From the NCBI GenBank assembly GCA_963816185.1, contig CAWFJJ010000001.1, positions 632,464 to 696,463 on the forward strand: a stretch of DNA of 64,000 nt. Direction: 5' to 3'. The position numbers and the translations under genes were made by a program. This document shows positions 21,274 to 33,172 of this stretch, in pieces (positions within the stretch are counted from its first letter, which is position 1; each line of letters begins with the position of its first letter). Source of the DNA: Thermoanaerobaculia bacterium (GTDB lineage: Bacteria > Acidobacteriota > Thermoanaerobaculia > UBA5066). The notes beneath the pieces were generated by a model. The model worked only from the letters and a program-made list of their open reading frames with translations. It was not told where the DNA came from and made no database searches.

Positions 21274-21969
21274 TCAGAGGTCGAGCTTCGCGCGTGCGGC
21301 GGCGAGGACGGCCGCCGCCGCCGCGGGCATGCCGAGCGCACGAGGATGGACGACGAGGTCGTAAGCCGCCGGATCTTCGATCTCCCTCTGGAAGGCCTGC
21401 CAGATGAAATCCCGCTGTGCCGTGTCGCTCGCCGCGATGCGGCGGCACGCTTCGTCGAGCGTGAGGCCCAGGTCGCGCGCCAGCGCCTCGGCGCGCTCGG
21501 CGGCCGGGGCGACGGTACGGACGCAAAGCCCGTATGCGGGATCCAGCATGAAATTCGCGCCGCGCCCGACGAGCACCGCGTGACCCTCGCGCCCCAGACG
21601 TTGGACGACGTGCGTCAGATCGACGAGGTAGCGAGCCTGGCCGGGGTCGGCCGGAAGGATGAGCGGCGCGATGTACTCGCCGAACGCGCGCACGCCCTTC
21701 TCGTCGAATCGCTCGAGGGTCCACTCGTCACGCCGCATATCGGACGCCACCGCGTGGAGGATCTCCCGATCGTAGACGCTCCAGCCGAGCGCGGACCCGA
21801 CCCGGACCGCAAGCTCGTTGCCCGCCGACCCGAGCTCACGCGAGAACGCGATCCAGGGTCCTTCGGCCTGCGCGGGCCCGGCAGACGGGCTTTCCGTCGC
21901 GCGCCGGCGCATTTCCGTGAAGCGACCCTGGCGATCTGCAAGTTCCACGCCGGGAAGCGTCGAAGTCAT
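21274..21969 (-). CDS. cytidylate kinase-like family protein
   Basis: IAFSRELGSAG, YDREIL, VLVGRGANF, YDLVV. Confidence 0.85.
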   Translation of the reverse strand: MTSTLPGVELADRQGRFTEMRRRATESPSAGPAQAEGPWIAFSRELGSAGNELAVRVGSALGWSVYDREILHAVASDMRRDEWTLERFDEKGVRAFGEYIAPLILPADPGQARYLVDLTHVVQRLGREGHAVLVGRGANFMLDPAYGLCVRTVAPAAERAEALARDLGLTLDEACRRIAASDTAQRDFIWQAFQREIEDPAAYDLVVHPRALGMPAAAAAVLAAARAKLDL

Positions 21970-22065
21970 GACGGCCTCCCCCTGCCGGCCTGCCCTGGCC
22001 GACTCGAGCCTGCGGATAATGTAGTGCCGCCGCGCCGTTCGTGCATGCCCGGCCGCGCCGCGACT

Positions 22066-23221
22066 TCACGAAATCAACATCGCGTCGCCGTAGCTGAAGA
22101 AGCGATATCCCTTCGCGACCGCCTCCCGGTAGGCGGCCAGAACTCGCTCGCGTCCCGCGAACGCGGACACGAGCATGAGCAGCGTCGAGCGGGGCAGGTG
22201 GAAGTTCGTCAGGAGCGCGTCCACGATGTGAAACGTCGCGCCCGGGCACGAGGAAGAGGTCCGTCTCGAACGCGCCTGCGGCGACCGTGCCGCCGTGCGT
22301 GCGAGCCGACGCCTCGAGCGTGCGCACGGACGTCGTGCCGACCGCGACGACGCGACGCCCGTCGCGTTTCGCATGGTTCACGCGTTCGGCGGTTTCCCCG
22401 GGGATTTCCGTCCGCTCGAGATCCATCCGGTGCTCTTCGACGAGATCGACTTTTACCGGCTTGAACGTGCCGAGGCCCACGTGCAGGGTCACGCGTGCGA
22501 GGTGCACTCCCTGCGCTTCGATCTTCGCGAGCAGGTCGGGAGTGAAGTGCAGCCCGGCCGTCGGCGCCGCGATCGCACCGGGGCGATCGGCGAACACGGT
22601 CTGGTAGTCGATCGCATCCTGGGCGTCCGCGACGCCGAGCGGGCGCCGGATGTAGGGTGGCAGGGGAGCGGACCCGAGGGAGGGGAGATCGTCGAGGAGA
22701 AAAGACGTTTTGCTCCCGTGCTTCGTGAAACGGAGAACGTAGAGGCCGGCTTCGGAGCGAGTCGTTTCGCCGGTTTTCTTAGAAGGTGAATGGGGCATGG
22801 GCTGGGCCCGAGCCGCGCTCGCGAGCGCCACGGCCTCCCACCCCCCTTCGAAGAAAAAGCGCCGTCCCGGTTTGACGCGCCGTCCCGGTTTTGCGAGACA
22901 CCGCCAGAGCTCCTCTTCTTTCTTTTCCCTTTTCGAAGCAAAATCCGAAATCCCCGGTTCCTCCGACATCTTCGAAACCAGCAGGAATTCCGTCCTTCGC
23001 CCCTTCTCGTCCGTTCCGAAAATCCGCGCCGGGATGACTTTCGTGTCGTTCAGGACAAGGACGTCACCCGCGTGGAGAAGCGACGGCAGATCGGCGACCA
23101 CGCGATGGGCGAACGCGCCCGTCCGGCGGTCGAGCGTCATGAGGCGTGCGGTGCCGCGCGGGGCGGGCCGCTGGGCGATGGATTCGGACGGCAGCACGAA
23201 ATCGAAATCCGCGACGTCCAT
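22066..23221 (-). CDS. queA: SAM:tRNA ribosyltransferase-isomerase; frameshift near 22241; motif-associated loop insertions
   Basis: DFDF.LP…[69 protein letters not shown]. Confidence 0.95.
22771..22950. repeat. motif cluster inside queA
   Basis: TTTTCTTAGAAGGTGAA (centre 22780), reverse copies centred at 22851 and 22936. Confidence 0.8.
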
Positions 23222-23259
23222 CCGCCGCATTTTGCACGGCCGCTGTGCGAGACTGACGC

Positions 23260-24875
23260 ATGCGGTCGAGGGCCGGAGTCGTCGTGGGGCTCTATGCCCT
23301 TCTGGCGCTTCTCACCGTCCCGGTTTTTCCGCACTTTCTCTCGCCGAACGAGTTCACGCGCTGGGCGCTCGCCGCGTCGTTCGTCGAGCACGGCACGCCG
23401 GAGATCTCCTCCGTTCTGCCGCTCCTCGGGCCGGCGTTCGAGGATGTCTCGGAGAAAGGCGGGCGCGTCTACTCGAACAAGGCACCCGGCGCGACGCTCG
23501 TCGCCCTGCCGGGGTACCTTCTCGCGCGCCCGTTCTCGGGAGCGCCCTCGCCTTCTTCGATGCGACCGGTTCTGTGGGCGATGCGGCTCTTCGGTGCGAC
23601 GGCGCCCGCAGTGCTGCTCGCGCTCGTCCTGTTCCACGCGGCCGTGAGGTCCGGGGCTTCTCCCTCGCGCGCCGCGAGTGCGGCATTCGCTCTCCTTTTC
23701 GCGACGCCGCTCTTCACATACGGCCTGCTTCTCTTTTCGCACGCCCTCGCCGCGGCGTGCCTCTTCGGAGCGTGGGTCGCGCTCTTCCATCCGGGCGATC
23801 CTTCCCGCGTGTTTCGCCGCGATGTGCTTGCGGGCGCGCTCCTCGGTCTCGCGGTCCTCTCGGAGTACCCGGCGGCCGTGCCGGCGGCCGTGCTCGCCCT
23901 TTGCGCGGTCATCCCCGCGCCCCGGCGCGCCCTCGCCCTCGCCGCGGGGGGTGCTCCGTTCGCGGCCCTTCTCGGCGCGTACGATCTGGCCTGCTTCGGG
24001 GGAGTCTTCGAGCTTTCTTCCGCCCACGAGCTCTCGTCGAGCTTCCGGTCGCTCGCCTCGGCGGGTCTCTTCGGCATCGCCCTGCCGTCTCCGGAAATCC
24101 TCCTTCGCCTGCTCGCGGACCCGTCGAAAGGCCTCCTGGTCTTCTCGCCGTTTCTCCTCCTGTGGCCCGGAGCGCTTCTCTCGTCCCGCGCCGCGTTGCC
24201 TTTCGGGGGCCGCGTCGCGCTCGTGCTCGCTCCTCTCTCGCTTCTCCTCCTCTATGCGGGCTACCCGAACTGGCACGGCGGGTTCAGCGTCGGGCCGCGG
24301 TATCTCGTCGCGGCTCTGCCGTTCCTCGTCTTCCCGTTCGCATTCGGGAAGGGGGGATTCCTCGAGAGCGCGCTCGTCGGTGCTTCGACGCTGGCCGTTT
24401 GCGCGACGACGCTCGCGTTCCCGTTCGTCCCTCCCGGGTTCGCGTTGCCGTGGGGCTCATTCGCGGCGTACTTCTTCGAGAGGGGCTCGACGCTGCCGAA
24501 CGTGTTGCAGATCGTTGCGCCCTCGGCGGCGCGCTTCGTCCTGCCGGCAATCGTGGCGGTCGCGGCGTACTTATCCTTGGAAGGGAAGAGAGAAGAGGAT
24601 CCGAAAGCCGAAGGGGAAGGGTGGGAATCGCTTTTTTCCTTGGAGCGGCGGCCTGCGCATTCCTGGGAATTCTCCTTTCTAAGCAAGTTATTCTTTCTTC
24701 TCCTTCCCTTCTTCTCCAGCGTGCGTACGTCGCCGATGTTTACTTCGAGCAGCGGGGCACGCTCGATGAGGAGATCGCCCGGACCGGATCCCGGCAGCCG
24801 CGTCTCCTCGCCCGGCGCGAGCGGGAACTTTCGCTTCCCCCGCCGCCCTGGCCTTTTCCGCCGGCATCACGCTGA
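23260..24875 (+). CDS. multi-TM membrane protein (GT-C / glycosyltransferase-like); frameshift near 24610
   Basis: Many TM segments, [27 protein letters not shown]; C-terminal hydrophobic part continues in another frame to TGA 24875. Confidence 0.7.
24570..24715. repeat. degenerate motif pair in the membrane-protein gene
   Basis: TCCTTGGAAGGGAAGAGAG (centre 24578) and CTCCTTTCTAAGCAAG (centre 24681). Confidence 0.55.
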
Positions 24876-24937
24876 TCGAAGGGAGCGCGCCGCCGGGCCG
24901 GCAAAGATCGCGCCGGCGGCGCCGAACGGTTGTATAG

Positions 24938-25579
<642 letters not shown>

Positions 25580-25593
25580 AGGGTGCGCACGGC

Positions 25594-26571
25594 GTGACCA
25601 CGAAGCGAAGCGAAGCCCCGGAGCCCGCCGTCCCACGCCCGCCGACGTTCTCCCGGAAGGACCTCCTCGACATCGAGTCGATCACCGAGGACGACATCCG
25701 GCTCGTCCTCGACACGGCCGAGTCGATGCGCGAGATCAACCAGCGCGCGATCAAGAAAGTCCCGACCCTCCGCGGCAAGCTCGTCGCGAACCTCTTTTTC
25801 GAGAACTCGACGCGCACCCGCTTCTCGTTCGAGATCGCCGAGCGCCGTCTTTCCGCCGACTCGATCGCGCTCTCGGCCACGGGTACGTCGGTCGCGAAGG
25901 GCGAGACTCTCCTCGACACGGGGAGAAACCTCATGGCGATGGCGCCGGACGCGATCGTGATTCGCCACCGGCGCGCGGGCGCCCCGCACCTCCTGGCACG
26001 GCACCTCCCGTGCGCGGTCGTCAACGCGGGCGACGGCGCGCACGCGCATCCCACGCAGGCCCTGCTCGACGCCTTCACGATCCGCCGCGCGAAGGGCTCT
26101 CTCGCGGGCCTGAGGGTCGCGATCTGCGGAGACGTCTCGCACAGCCGGGTCGCGCGCTCGGACGTGTCGCTTCTGACGAAGATGGGCGCGGGTGTCACGC
26201 TCTTCGGCCCGGCGACGCTCCTTCCCGTCGAGATCGAGCGCACGGGCGCGCGCGTCGTGAACCGCATCGAGGAGGCCGTCGAAGGGGCCGACGTCGTCAT
26301 GATTCTGCGCGTCCAGAAGGAGCGCGGCGGCGGCCTCGGCTTCCCGTCCGACAAGGAGTACTTCGAGCTGTTCGGACTGACGCCCGAACGGCGGCGCCTC
26401 GCGAAGAAAGACGCGATCGTGATGCACCCGGGCCCCATGAACCGCGGCGTCGAGATCGACTCCGCCGTCGCAGACGGGCCGGACTCGGTGATCCTCGACC
26501 AGGTGGAGAACGGCGTCGCGGTGCGCATGGCGGTGCTCTATCTCCTGATCGGAGCGAGCGGCGATGAGTGA
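25594..26571 (+). CDS. pyrB: aspartate carbamoyltransferase catalytic subunit
   Basis: [45 protein letters not shown]. Confidence 0.96.
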   Translation: MTTKRSEAPEPAVPRPPTFSRKDLLDIESITEDDIRLVLDTAESMREINQRAIKKVPTLRGKLVANLFFENSTRTRFSFEIAERRLSADSIALSATGTSVAKGETLLDTGRNLMAMAPDAIVIRHRRAGAPHLLARHLPCAVVNAGDGAHAHPTQALLDAFTIRRAKGSLAGLRVAICGDVSHSRVARSDVSLLTKMGAGVTLFGPATLLPVEIERTGARVVNRIEEAVEGADVVMILRVQKERGGGLGFPSDKEYFELFGLTPERRRLAKKDAIVMHPGPMNRGVEIDSAVADGPDSVILDQVENGVAVRMAVLYLLIGASGDE

Positions 26572-27877
26572 AGCCGTTCTCCTCAAGGGCGGGCGAGTCG
26601 TGGATCCGTCCCGCAACCTCGATCAGACTCTCGACGTGCTTCTCCGCGACGGCGTCGTCGCAAAAGTCGACGAGAAGATCGTGGCGAAAGGGGCCGACGT
26701 CGTGGACGCCGCGGGCCTCGTCGTGGCACCCGGGTTCGTGGACCTCCACGCGCACCTTCGCGAGCCCGGCTTCGAGTACAAGGAGACCGTCGCGACCGGC
26801 ACGCGCGCCGCAGCGGCGGGGGGCTTCACGACCGTCTGCGCAATGGCGAACACGCTGCCCGTGATCGACGACGCGCCGTCCGTGGCATTCCTCGTTCGGC
26901 GCATTCGCGAGACCGCCGTCGTGCGCGTTCACCCGATCGGCGCCGTCTCGAAAGGCCTTCAGGGACTCGCGCTCGCCGAGATCGGCTCGATGAAAGCCGA
27001 GGGCATCGTCGCCGTCTCCGACGACGGAAAACCCATCGCGAACGGCATGCTCATGCGGCGCGCCCTCGAGTACGCCTCGATGTTCGACCTTCCCGTCGTC
27101 GTCCACGAGGAGGACCCGAGCGTCGTGGGCGGCGGTGTCATGAACGAAGGGTGGGCCTCGACCCGCCTCGGATTGCCAGGCTGGCCGAACGTCGGCGAGT
27201 CCGCGATGGTCGCGCGCGACGTCCAGCTCGCCGCGCTCACGAAGGCGCGCCTGCACGTCGCCCACGTCTCGACGCGCGAGAGCCTCGAGGCGCTTCGCGC
27301 CGCGCGGCGGGCCGGCGTCGCGGTAACGTGCGAGGCGACCCCTCACCACCTCACGCTCACGGACGAGGACCTCGCGCGGTCCGGCTACGACACGCGCTTC
27401 AAGATGAACCCGCCGCTCCGGTCCGAAGCCGACCGGGCGGCTCTCGTCGCGGCGCTCGTGGAAGGAACGATCGACGCCGTCGCGACCGATCACGCGCCTC
27501 ACCACGAAGACGAGAAGGCCCTCGAGTTCGAGGACGCCCCTTTCGGCGTCACGGGGCTGGAGACGGCGCTGCCGGTCCTCGTGGACGCTCTCCTCGTCCC
27601 GCGCGCGATCACGCTCATGCGCCTCGTCGAGGTGCTGTCGACGGCGCCGGCGCGGGTCTTTTCGCTCCCGGGCGGCACGCTCGTAGAGGGGGTGCCCGCG
27701 GACGTCGTCGTGTTCTCGACGTCGAAGTCGACGCACGTCACGCCCGACGGTTTCGCGAGCCTCTCGAAGAACTCGCCGTGGACCGCGCGCACCCTGCGCG
27801 GGCGCGTGGAGCACACGTTCGTCGGCGGGCGCGAGGTGTTCTCGCGCGGCGCAGGCGCATCGGGAGGGGCGCGTTGA
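26564..27877 (+). CDS. pyrC: dihydroorotase
   Basis: [33 protein letters not shown]. Confidence 0.95.
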   Translation: MSEAVLLKGGRVVDPSRNLDQTLDVLLRDGVVAKVDEKIVAKGADVVDAAGLVVAPGFVDLHAHLREPGFEYKETVATGTRAAAAGGFTTVCAMANTLPVIDDAPSVAFLVRRIRETAVVRVHPIGAVSKGLQGLALAEIGSMKAEGIVAVSDDGKPIANGMLMRRALEYASMFDLPVVVHEEDPSVVGGGVMNEGWASTRLGLPGWPNVGESAMVARDVQLAALTKARLHVAHVSTRESLEALRAARRAGVAVTCEATPHHLTLTDEDLARSGYDTRFKMNPPLRSEADRAALVAALVEGTIDAVATDHAPHHEDEKALEFEDAPFGVTGLETALPVLVDALLVPRAITLMRLVEVLSTAPARVFSLPGGTLVEGVPADVVVFSTSKSTHVTPDGFASLSKNSPWTARTLRGRVEHTFVGGREVFSRGAGASGGAR

Positions 27878-28308
27878 GCGAGCCGTACCTGAAGCCCGTG
27901 TCCGCGGAGAACCCGGTCGCCGCCGGCCAGCCGAAGCGGGTCGTCCTCGTGGACGAGTCCGCGCTCTATGCGGAGTCCTGGCGCGCGGTCCTCGCGTGCC
28001 GCTACGGTCCGGCCGTCTCCTTCGAGTTCTACCGGGATCCGATCGCGGCGCTCGACGCGCTCGGCCCGGACGTGAGCCTTCTCCTCGTCGACCTCGAGCT
28101 GCCGCTCTTCGGCGGCCGGAAGATGTTCGAGCTCGCGAAGGGCCGGGGCGTCGCCTGCAGGCGGATCGTGATCCTCTCGAGCCGGCCCGCCGAGGAGCTC
28201 CACGAGCTTTTCCCGGAGGGCTCCTGCCTCGCGGTCATCGACAAGACGGAACCGAACCAGGAGAACGCCTTCCTCATGATCCTCGACTCGATCGTGAGGC
28301 GGCACTAG
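27874..28308 (+). CDS. stand-alone response-regulator receiver-like protein
   Basis: VVLVDE…LLLVDLELP..GG…IVILSS…VIDK pattern; TTG overlaps pyrC stop. Confidence 0.7.
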   Translation: MSEPYLKPVSAENPVAAGQPKRVVLVDESALYAESWRAVLACRYGPAVSFEFYRDPIAALDALGPDVSLLLVDLELPLFGGRKMFELAKGRGVACRRIVILSSRPAEELHELFPEGSCLAVIDKTEPNQENAFLMILDSIVRRH

Positions 28309-28319
28309 CCGGCGCGCCG

Positions 28320-29273
28320 TCAGCGTGGCGGCGGCGGCTGGGCGAGCTCCGGGACTGCGGCGACGGCCGCCGGCTCCGGAGGTTTCACGTCGAGCATCTC
28401 GGCGAGGAACGCGAGGCGGTCCCGGCGCGCTTCCGCGTTCAGCGCGTGCGGCGCTTCGTACACCTTGAAGCGCTTCGGCTCGCTCACGTTCGCGGCGTAC
28501 TCCTTCGCGTGCGCGGGCGTGAGGAAATCCTCTCGGGTCGCGTACTGCATGAAGACGGTCGCGGGCGCCGCGTGCGCGACGTACGGACCGGGGTCGGCCC
28601 AGGCGTGCTCCGCGACGAACGGGTCCCACTTCGCGTGGCCGATCTTCTCGATGTAATGCTTGTACGCATCGGACCGGAAGTCGGCCTGGTCCGAGAGCGC
28701 ACCCGCCATCAGGACATACGCCTTGAAGCGCCGGTCGACGCCCGCGAGGATCGCCCCGACCGCCGCGTTGTAGCTGTGGCCGACGAACGCGAGGCGGCGT
28801 GGGTCGACGTCGAGCCGCGCGAGGAGGAGATCGGCGCCGCGGCGCATGTCCACGACCTGCTGGACGAGGTCGTCGAACTGCTTCGCGTTGAGCGGCGTCC
28901 GGTCGGGGGTGTAGCCGGCGCGCGCGACGGGTCCGTCCGTCAGGAGCGAGACGACGCCGGAGCGCGCGAGGACGACCGCCTCGTCGAGGAACTGGCGGCG
29001 GCTCTTCATCGGGGAGTTCTCCCAGTACCAGTGGCCCCAGAGAACGGCCGCGAACGGTCCCTTGCCGCCCGGCACGACAAGGTACGCCGGGACCCGCCCG
29101 CCCTTCGGGCTCGCGTACGTCAGGTCCTGGATCGCGACGTCCCCTCGCGTCTCGACGCCCTTCGTGATGACGTCGAGGGGAGCCTTCGGGTCGTAGGAGA
29201 AGTGCGACTCGGGGGCGGCCGTCGCGGCTGCAGCTGCGGCGGCGAGGAGCAGGGCGATGAGGGTATGCGTCAT
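28320..29273 (-). CDS. secreted alpha/beta-fold hydrolase
   Basis: Signal peptide MTHTLIALLLAAAAAA; RVPAYLVVP.GKGPF; nucleophile elbow GHSY. Confidence 0.8.
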   Translation of the reverse strand: MTHTLIALLLAAAAAAATAAPESHFSYDPKAPLDVITKGVETRGDVAIQDLTYASPKGGRVPAYLVVPGGKGPFAAVLWGHWYWENSPMKSRRQFLDEAVVLARSGVVSLLTDGPVARAGYTPDRTPLNAKQFDDLVQQVVDMRRGADLLLARLDVDPRRLAFVGHSYNAAVGAILAGVDRRFKAYVLMAGALSDQADFRSDAYKHYIEKIGHAKWDPFVAEHAWADPGPYVAHAAPATVFMQYATREDFLTPAHAKEYAANVSEPKRFKVYEAPHALNAEARRDRLAFLAEMLDVKPPEPAAVAAVPELAQPPPPR

Positions 29274-30548
29274 GGGCGCCTCTCCGTGATGAGCCGGGCC
29301 GAGCGGTTCCACGTCACGTAGTTCCAGGCCCACTGGACGAGGGTCAGGACCCGGTTTCCGAACAGCACGAGATACATGAGGTGGATGAAGAGCCACGCGA
29401 GCCACGCAGGGTATCCCGCGATGCGCAGGAAGCCGAAGTCGGCGACCGCGCGCCCGCGGCCGATCGTCGCCAGGCTGCCCTTGTCGTGGTAGCGGAAGGG
29501 TCCGGAGGGCGGCCGTCCCGCGAGGCGCATGGCGATGGCGCGCGCCACGTAACGTCCCTGCTGCATCGCGACCGGGGCCACTCCGGGAAGGGGACGGCCT
29601 GCGTCGTCTGACATCGTGGCCATGTCGCCGAGCACGAAGATTTCCGGATGAGAGGGAAGCGTCAAGTCGGGGTTCACGGCGATGCGCCCGGCGCGGTCGG
29701 TCTTCGCTCCGGTTTTCGAAGCGAGCGCAGAGGCGAGCGGAGACGCCGCCACGCCGGCGGCCCAGAGAATCGTGCGGGCCGCGATCGTCTCGGAGGCCCC
29801 GGCACGTGAGACGGTGACCGACGCCTCCTTCACCTCGGTGACGCTCGTGTCGACCGCGACGTCCACGCCGAGGGCGGCGAGCGCCGTTCGGGCCTTCTCG
29901 GAGAGCTCGGGCGGGTAGGTCGGCAGGACCCGCGGCCCGCCTTCGACGAGGAGGATGCGGGCCTCCGACGGGTTGATCGCACGGAACTCGCGGCGCAGCG
30001 TGTGGCGCGCGATCTCCCCGAGCGCGCCCGCGAGCTCGACTCCGGTGGGACCGGCCTCCGACGATCACGAACGTGAGGAGCGCGCGCCGCTCCACGGGAT
30101 CCGCCGTGATCTCCGCCCGCTCGAACGCGAGCAGGATGCGGCGCCTCATCTCGACCGCGTCCTCGAGCGTCTTCAGGCCCGGCGCCGCGGACTCCCAATC
30201 GCCGTGTCCGAAGTAGTGGTGCCGCACGCCTGCGGCGACGACGAGAAAATCGTACGGGAACTCGCCGTTCGCAGTCAGGACGCGGCGGCCGGGGACGTCG
30301 ATTCCGGTCACGTCTTCGAGCAGGACGCGCGTGTTTCGGCTTCTCTTCAGGATCGCCCGCAGGGGCGCGGCAATGTTCGCGGGCGAGAGGGCGCCCGTCG
30401 CGACCTGGTAGAGCAGCGGTTGGAAAAGGTGAAAGTTCCGCCTGTCGAGGACGGTGACCTCGACGGGGAGCGGCCGGAGGCGACGGGCCGTGTAAAGCCC
30501 GCCGAAGCCTCCGCCCACGATCACGACGCGCGGAAGGGCCGCGTTCAC
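29270..30548 (-). CDS. ndh: type II NADH dehydrogenase; frameshift near 30053
   Basis: VVIVGGGFGG, FQPLLYQVATG, second dinucleotide motif IVGG/GPTGVELAG split by the frameshift, WAAGV, DKGSLATIGR. Confidence 0.92.
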
Positions 30549-30572
30549 TAGAATGGGATTCTAGGTGGTGCG

Positions 30573-31403
30573 ATGAGAGAGCTCTGGGCGCGCGAGGACG
30601 AACGGGATCTCGCCGAATTCCTCGAGGCCGTGCGTCGCAACGACCTCGTCGGGGCGATGTTCTCGATCGAGGGCACTCCGCCCGCCGCGCGCCGTCAGGC
30701 CGAGGCGGTTCTCGACGCAGCCGCGTCCGCCGTCCGGGCGCGCACGGCCGGCACGCGTTCCTCGTTCCAGAAGGCTCGGCTTCTCTCTCGCATTCTCTCG
30801 GAAGAGCTGGGATTCGCCGGCGACGAGGACGACTACTACGACCCGCGCAACGTCCTCCTCGGCCCGCTCCTCGAGCGTCGCAAGGGGATGCCGATCCTCC
30901 TGTCCATCCTCTGGATGGAGGTGGGCCGCCGCGCCGGCATCCCGGTCGCGGGAATCGGCCTTCCGGGTCATTTCATCGTGCGCATCGGGCCCCCGCCCGG
31001 GACGCTCGCCGATCCCTTCGCGGGCGGCGTGCCTCTGACGGTGGACGACTGCCGGCGCAAGGTGAAGTCTCTCGCGGGCGGACGCGTTCCCTGGCGCGCG
31101 GACTATCTCCGGCAGCTGGAGCTCCCGGCCCTTCTCGAGCGCGTCCTGCGCAACCTGTCCGGCTGCCGGGGCCGAAACGGCGACGAGGCCGGCCGCTTTC
31201 GCGCCGTCACGTTTCTCTCGGCGCTTCGGCCGGACGAGCCGGAGAACCTCCTGTCGCGCGCCGAGCTCGCCGAGGAGCTGGGAGTTCGGGGGCTGGCCCG
31301 CGCGGTGTGGGCCGAGATCGTCGAGCGCTTCCCCGAATCGGCGCAGGCCCAGGCCGCGTCCGAGAAGATGGCGGAGGAGGACGAGCCGCCCGTGTTCCAT
31401 TGA
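30573..31403 (+). CDS. SirB1 / transglutaminase-like protein with TPR tail
   Basis: GF.GD..DYYDPRN, RRKGMPI.LS, GIGLPGHF, DPF.GG. Confidence 0.85.
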   Translation: MRELWAREDERDLAEFLEAVRRNDLVGAMFSIEGTPPAARRQAEAVLDAAASAVRARTAGTRSSFQKARLLSRILSEELGFAGDEDDYYDPRNVLLGPLLERRKGMPILLSILWMEVGRRAGIPVAGIGLPGHFIVRIGPPPGTLADPFAGGVPLTVDDCRRKVKSLAGGRVPWRADYLRQLELPALLERVLRNLSGCRGRNGDEAGRFRAVTFLSALRPDEPENLLSRAELAEELGVRGLARAVWAEIVERFPESAQAQAASEKMAEEDEPPVFH

Positions 31404-31408
31404 GCGGC

Positions 31409-32218
31409 ATGCGCCCGGTCGACGTCGCGGTCGCCGCCGCGCGCGAAGCCGGAGAGGTCCTTCTCGCGCACTTCGGGCAGCTCGACCCCGCGCGCGTCGA
31501 GGAGAAGTCGAAGAACGACGTCGTCTCGATCGCGGACCGCGAGAGCGAGGCCGTCATCCGGCGCGTTCTCCTCGGCGCGTTCCCGACCGACCGCTTTCTC
31601 GGCGAGGAGACGGGGCTCACGGGAGCGGACGAGACGGCGCCTTCGTGGATCGTCGACCCGCTCGACGGCACGGCGAACTTCGTGCGCGGCTTCCCGCACT
31701 GGGCGGTCTCGATCGCCCGCACGCGCGGCGGCCTCCTCGGCGCTTTCGAGGCCGGGGTCGTGTGGGATCCGGTCAAGAAGGATCTCTTCGCCGCGGAGGC
31801 GGGCGCGGGCGCGTTCCGCAACGGACAGCGGCTGCGCGTGCCGCCGCGTCCGAACCTCGAGGGCGCGGCCCTCGCGACGGGCTTCCCGTTCCGCCGGCAG
31901 CATCAGATCGACCGGTATCTCTCGATCTTCCGGGCGGTCTTCATGAGATCGCGCTCGCTCCGCCGCGCCGGCAGCGCCGCGCTGGATCTCGCCTACGTCG
32001 CGGCCGGCATCTTCGACGGCTTCTTCGAGTTCGGCCTCTCTCCGTGGGACACGGCGGCCGGCGCGCTTCTCGTGACGGAGGCGGGCGGCGTCGTGACGGA
32101 CTTCGACGGCGCGGCGTCCTGGCGGACCCGCGGCAACGTCCTGGCCGCGACGCCCGGCGTCCACGCCGCGCTCGTCGAGGTCATGCGCGAGATCGGAGTC
32201 GAAGAGAAGGACCTATGA
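31409..32218 (+). CDS. suhB: inositol monophosphatase family protein
   Basis: D.VS.AD, LGEE, WIVDPLDGTANF, GSAALDLAYVAAG, PWDTAAG. Confidence 0.92.
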   Translation: MRPVDVAVAAAREAGEVLLAHFGQLDPARVEEKSKNDVVSIADRESEAVIRRVLLGAFPTDRFLGEETGLTGADETAPSWIVDPLDGTANFVRGFPHWAVSIARTRGGLLGAFEAGVVWDPVKKDLFAAEAGAGAFRNGQRLRVPPRPNLEGAALATGFPFRRQHQIDRYLSIFRAVFMRSRSLRRAGSAALDLAYVAAGIFDGFFEFGLSPWDTAAGALLVTEAGGVVTDFDGAASWRTRGNVLAATPGVHAALVEVMREIGVEEKDL

Positions 32219-33039
32219 AGGCGCGGGGGGCGGTTCTCTTGCTTTGTGCGGCCTCGGCGGCGCTTCGGGCGGAAGATCCGGACTGGTTCGACGCGTTCCG
32301 GGACCGGGCCTTCCTCCAGGGCGACGCGAGCTTTGTCGCGCGCGAGAAGTCGGCGCCGCCGGACACGCCGCCCCTGTTCCAGGCGCGCTGGGTCGTCCTG
32401 CGTTACGCGGAGTTCGGCGAGAGCGAGCGGCGTTGGTGGCCGCACCGGAACCTCCTCCTTGTCACGATGCCCTCCGGAGCGCGATACGTCCTCGAGTCGT
32501 CGCTGGGTTTCATGGACGAGAACCACCTCGACGAGGACCGCCCATCGTGGCGTGTCGCCTCGGAGAGGGTTGCCTTCGAGGTCTGGATGTCGGGCTCGGT
32601 GGAAGAGAACCCCGCGGACGTCTCGACCTGCGACAGGATGCGCGAGCGCGTCCGGGCGCCAGGCGGGACCCTGGATTTCTTCGTCGAAGACTTAGGCAGC
32701 CGGACCGTCCGGGTCTCGCTGGCCGAGATCGCGGCCCGGACGTTCGATGAGGACGAGCGCCGCGATCTCGCGGCGCTTCTGAAGGTCTCCGTCGAGAGCA
32801 ACTCCTCTGTCGGGACATCCTTTCGCGGAACATCCTTGTCGATCTATCACCTCCGGGATCCCTTGCTCGCGGTCAATGTCGCACTTCGCGACCAATTGCC
32901 GCCGCCCGACAAGAGGACAGTCGTCTTCGTGCCGGACTCCTCCGCTCCCACGGACCTTTCGTCGTGGCGCGCTTTCGCCCGCCTCCCCTTGGACCTCCCG
33001 CCCTTCCCGCCGCTGCCGCCGGAGGCCCCCGTGCGATGA
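32215..33039 (+). CDS. secreted hypothetical protein
   Basis: Signal peptide MKARGAVLLLCAASAALRA|ED; ATGA overlap with suhB. Confidence 0.7.
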   Translation: MKARGAVLLLCAASAALRAEDPDWFDAFRDRAFLQGDASFVAREKSAPPDTPPLFQARWVVLRYAEFGESERRWWPHRNLLLVTMPSGARYVLESSLGFMDENHLDEDRPSWRVASERVAFEVWMSGSVEENPADVSTCDRMRERVRAPGGTLDFFVEDLGSRTVRVSLAEIAARTFDEDERRDLAALLKVSVESNSSVGTSFRGTSLSIYHLRDPLLAVNVALRDQLPPPDKRTVVFVPDSSAPTDLSSWRAFARLPLDLPPFPPLPPEAPVR

Positions 33040-33172
33040 GAGAACGAGGAGAGAGGAAGAGATTTCTTAGAAGGTGAAGATCGGAAGCCGGCTCGCGCGC
33101 GCGGCGCTGCCTCGCGCGAGAACCGCCCCCTCAAGCCCTTTTCTAAGAGAATCTTCTTCTTCTTTCTTCTCT
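33040..33172. repeat. convergent motif pair, 77 bp
   Basis: GAGGAAGAGATTTCTTAGAAGGTGAAGA … CCCTTTTCTAAGAGAATCTTCTTC. Confidence 0.85.

Noticed and set aside
28320-30548. 742-aa Ndh-hydrolase fusion ORF
   Set aside because: Caused by the frameshift near 30053; the hydrolase has its own ATG and signal peptide at 29273
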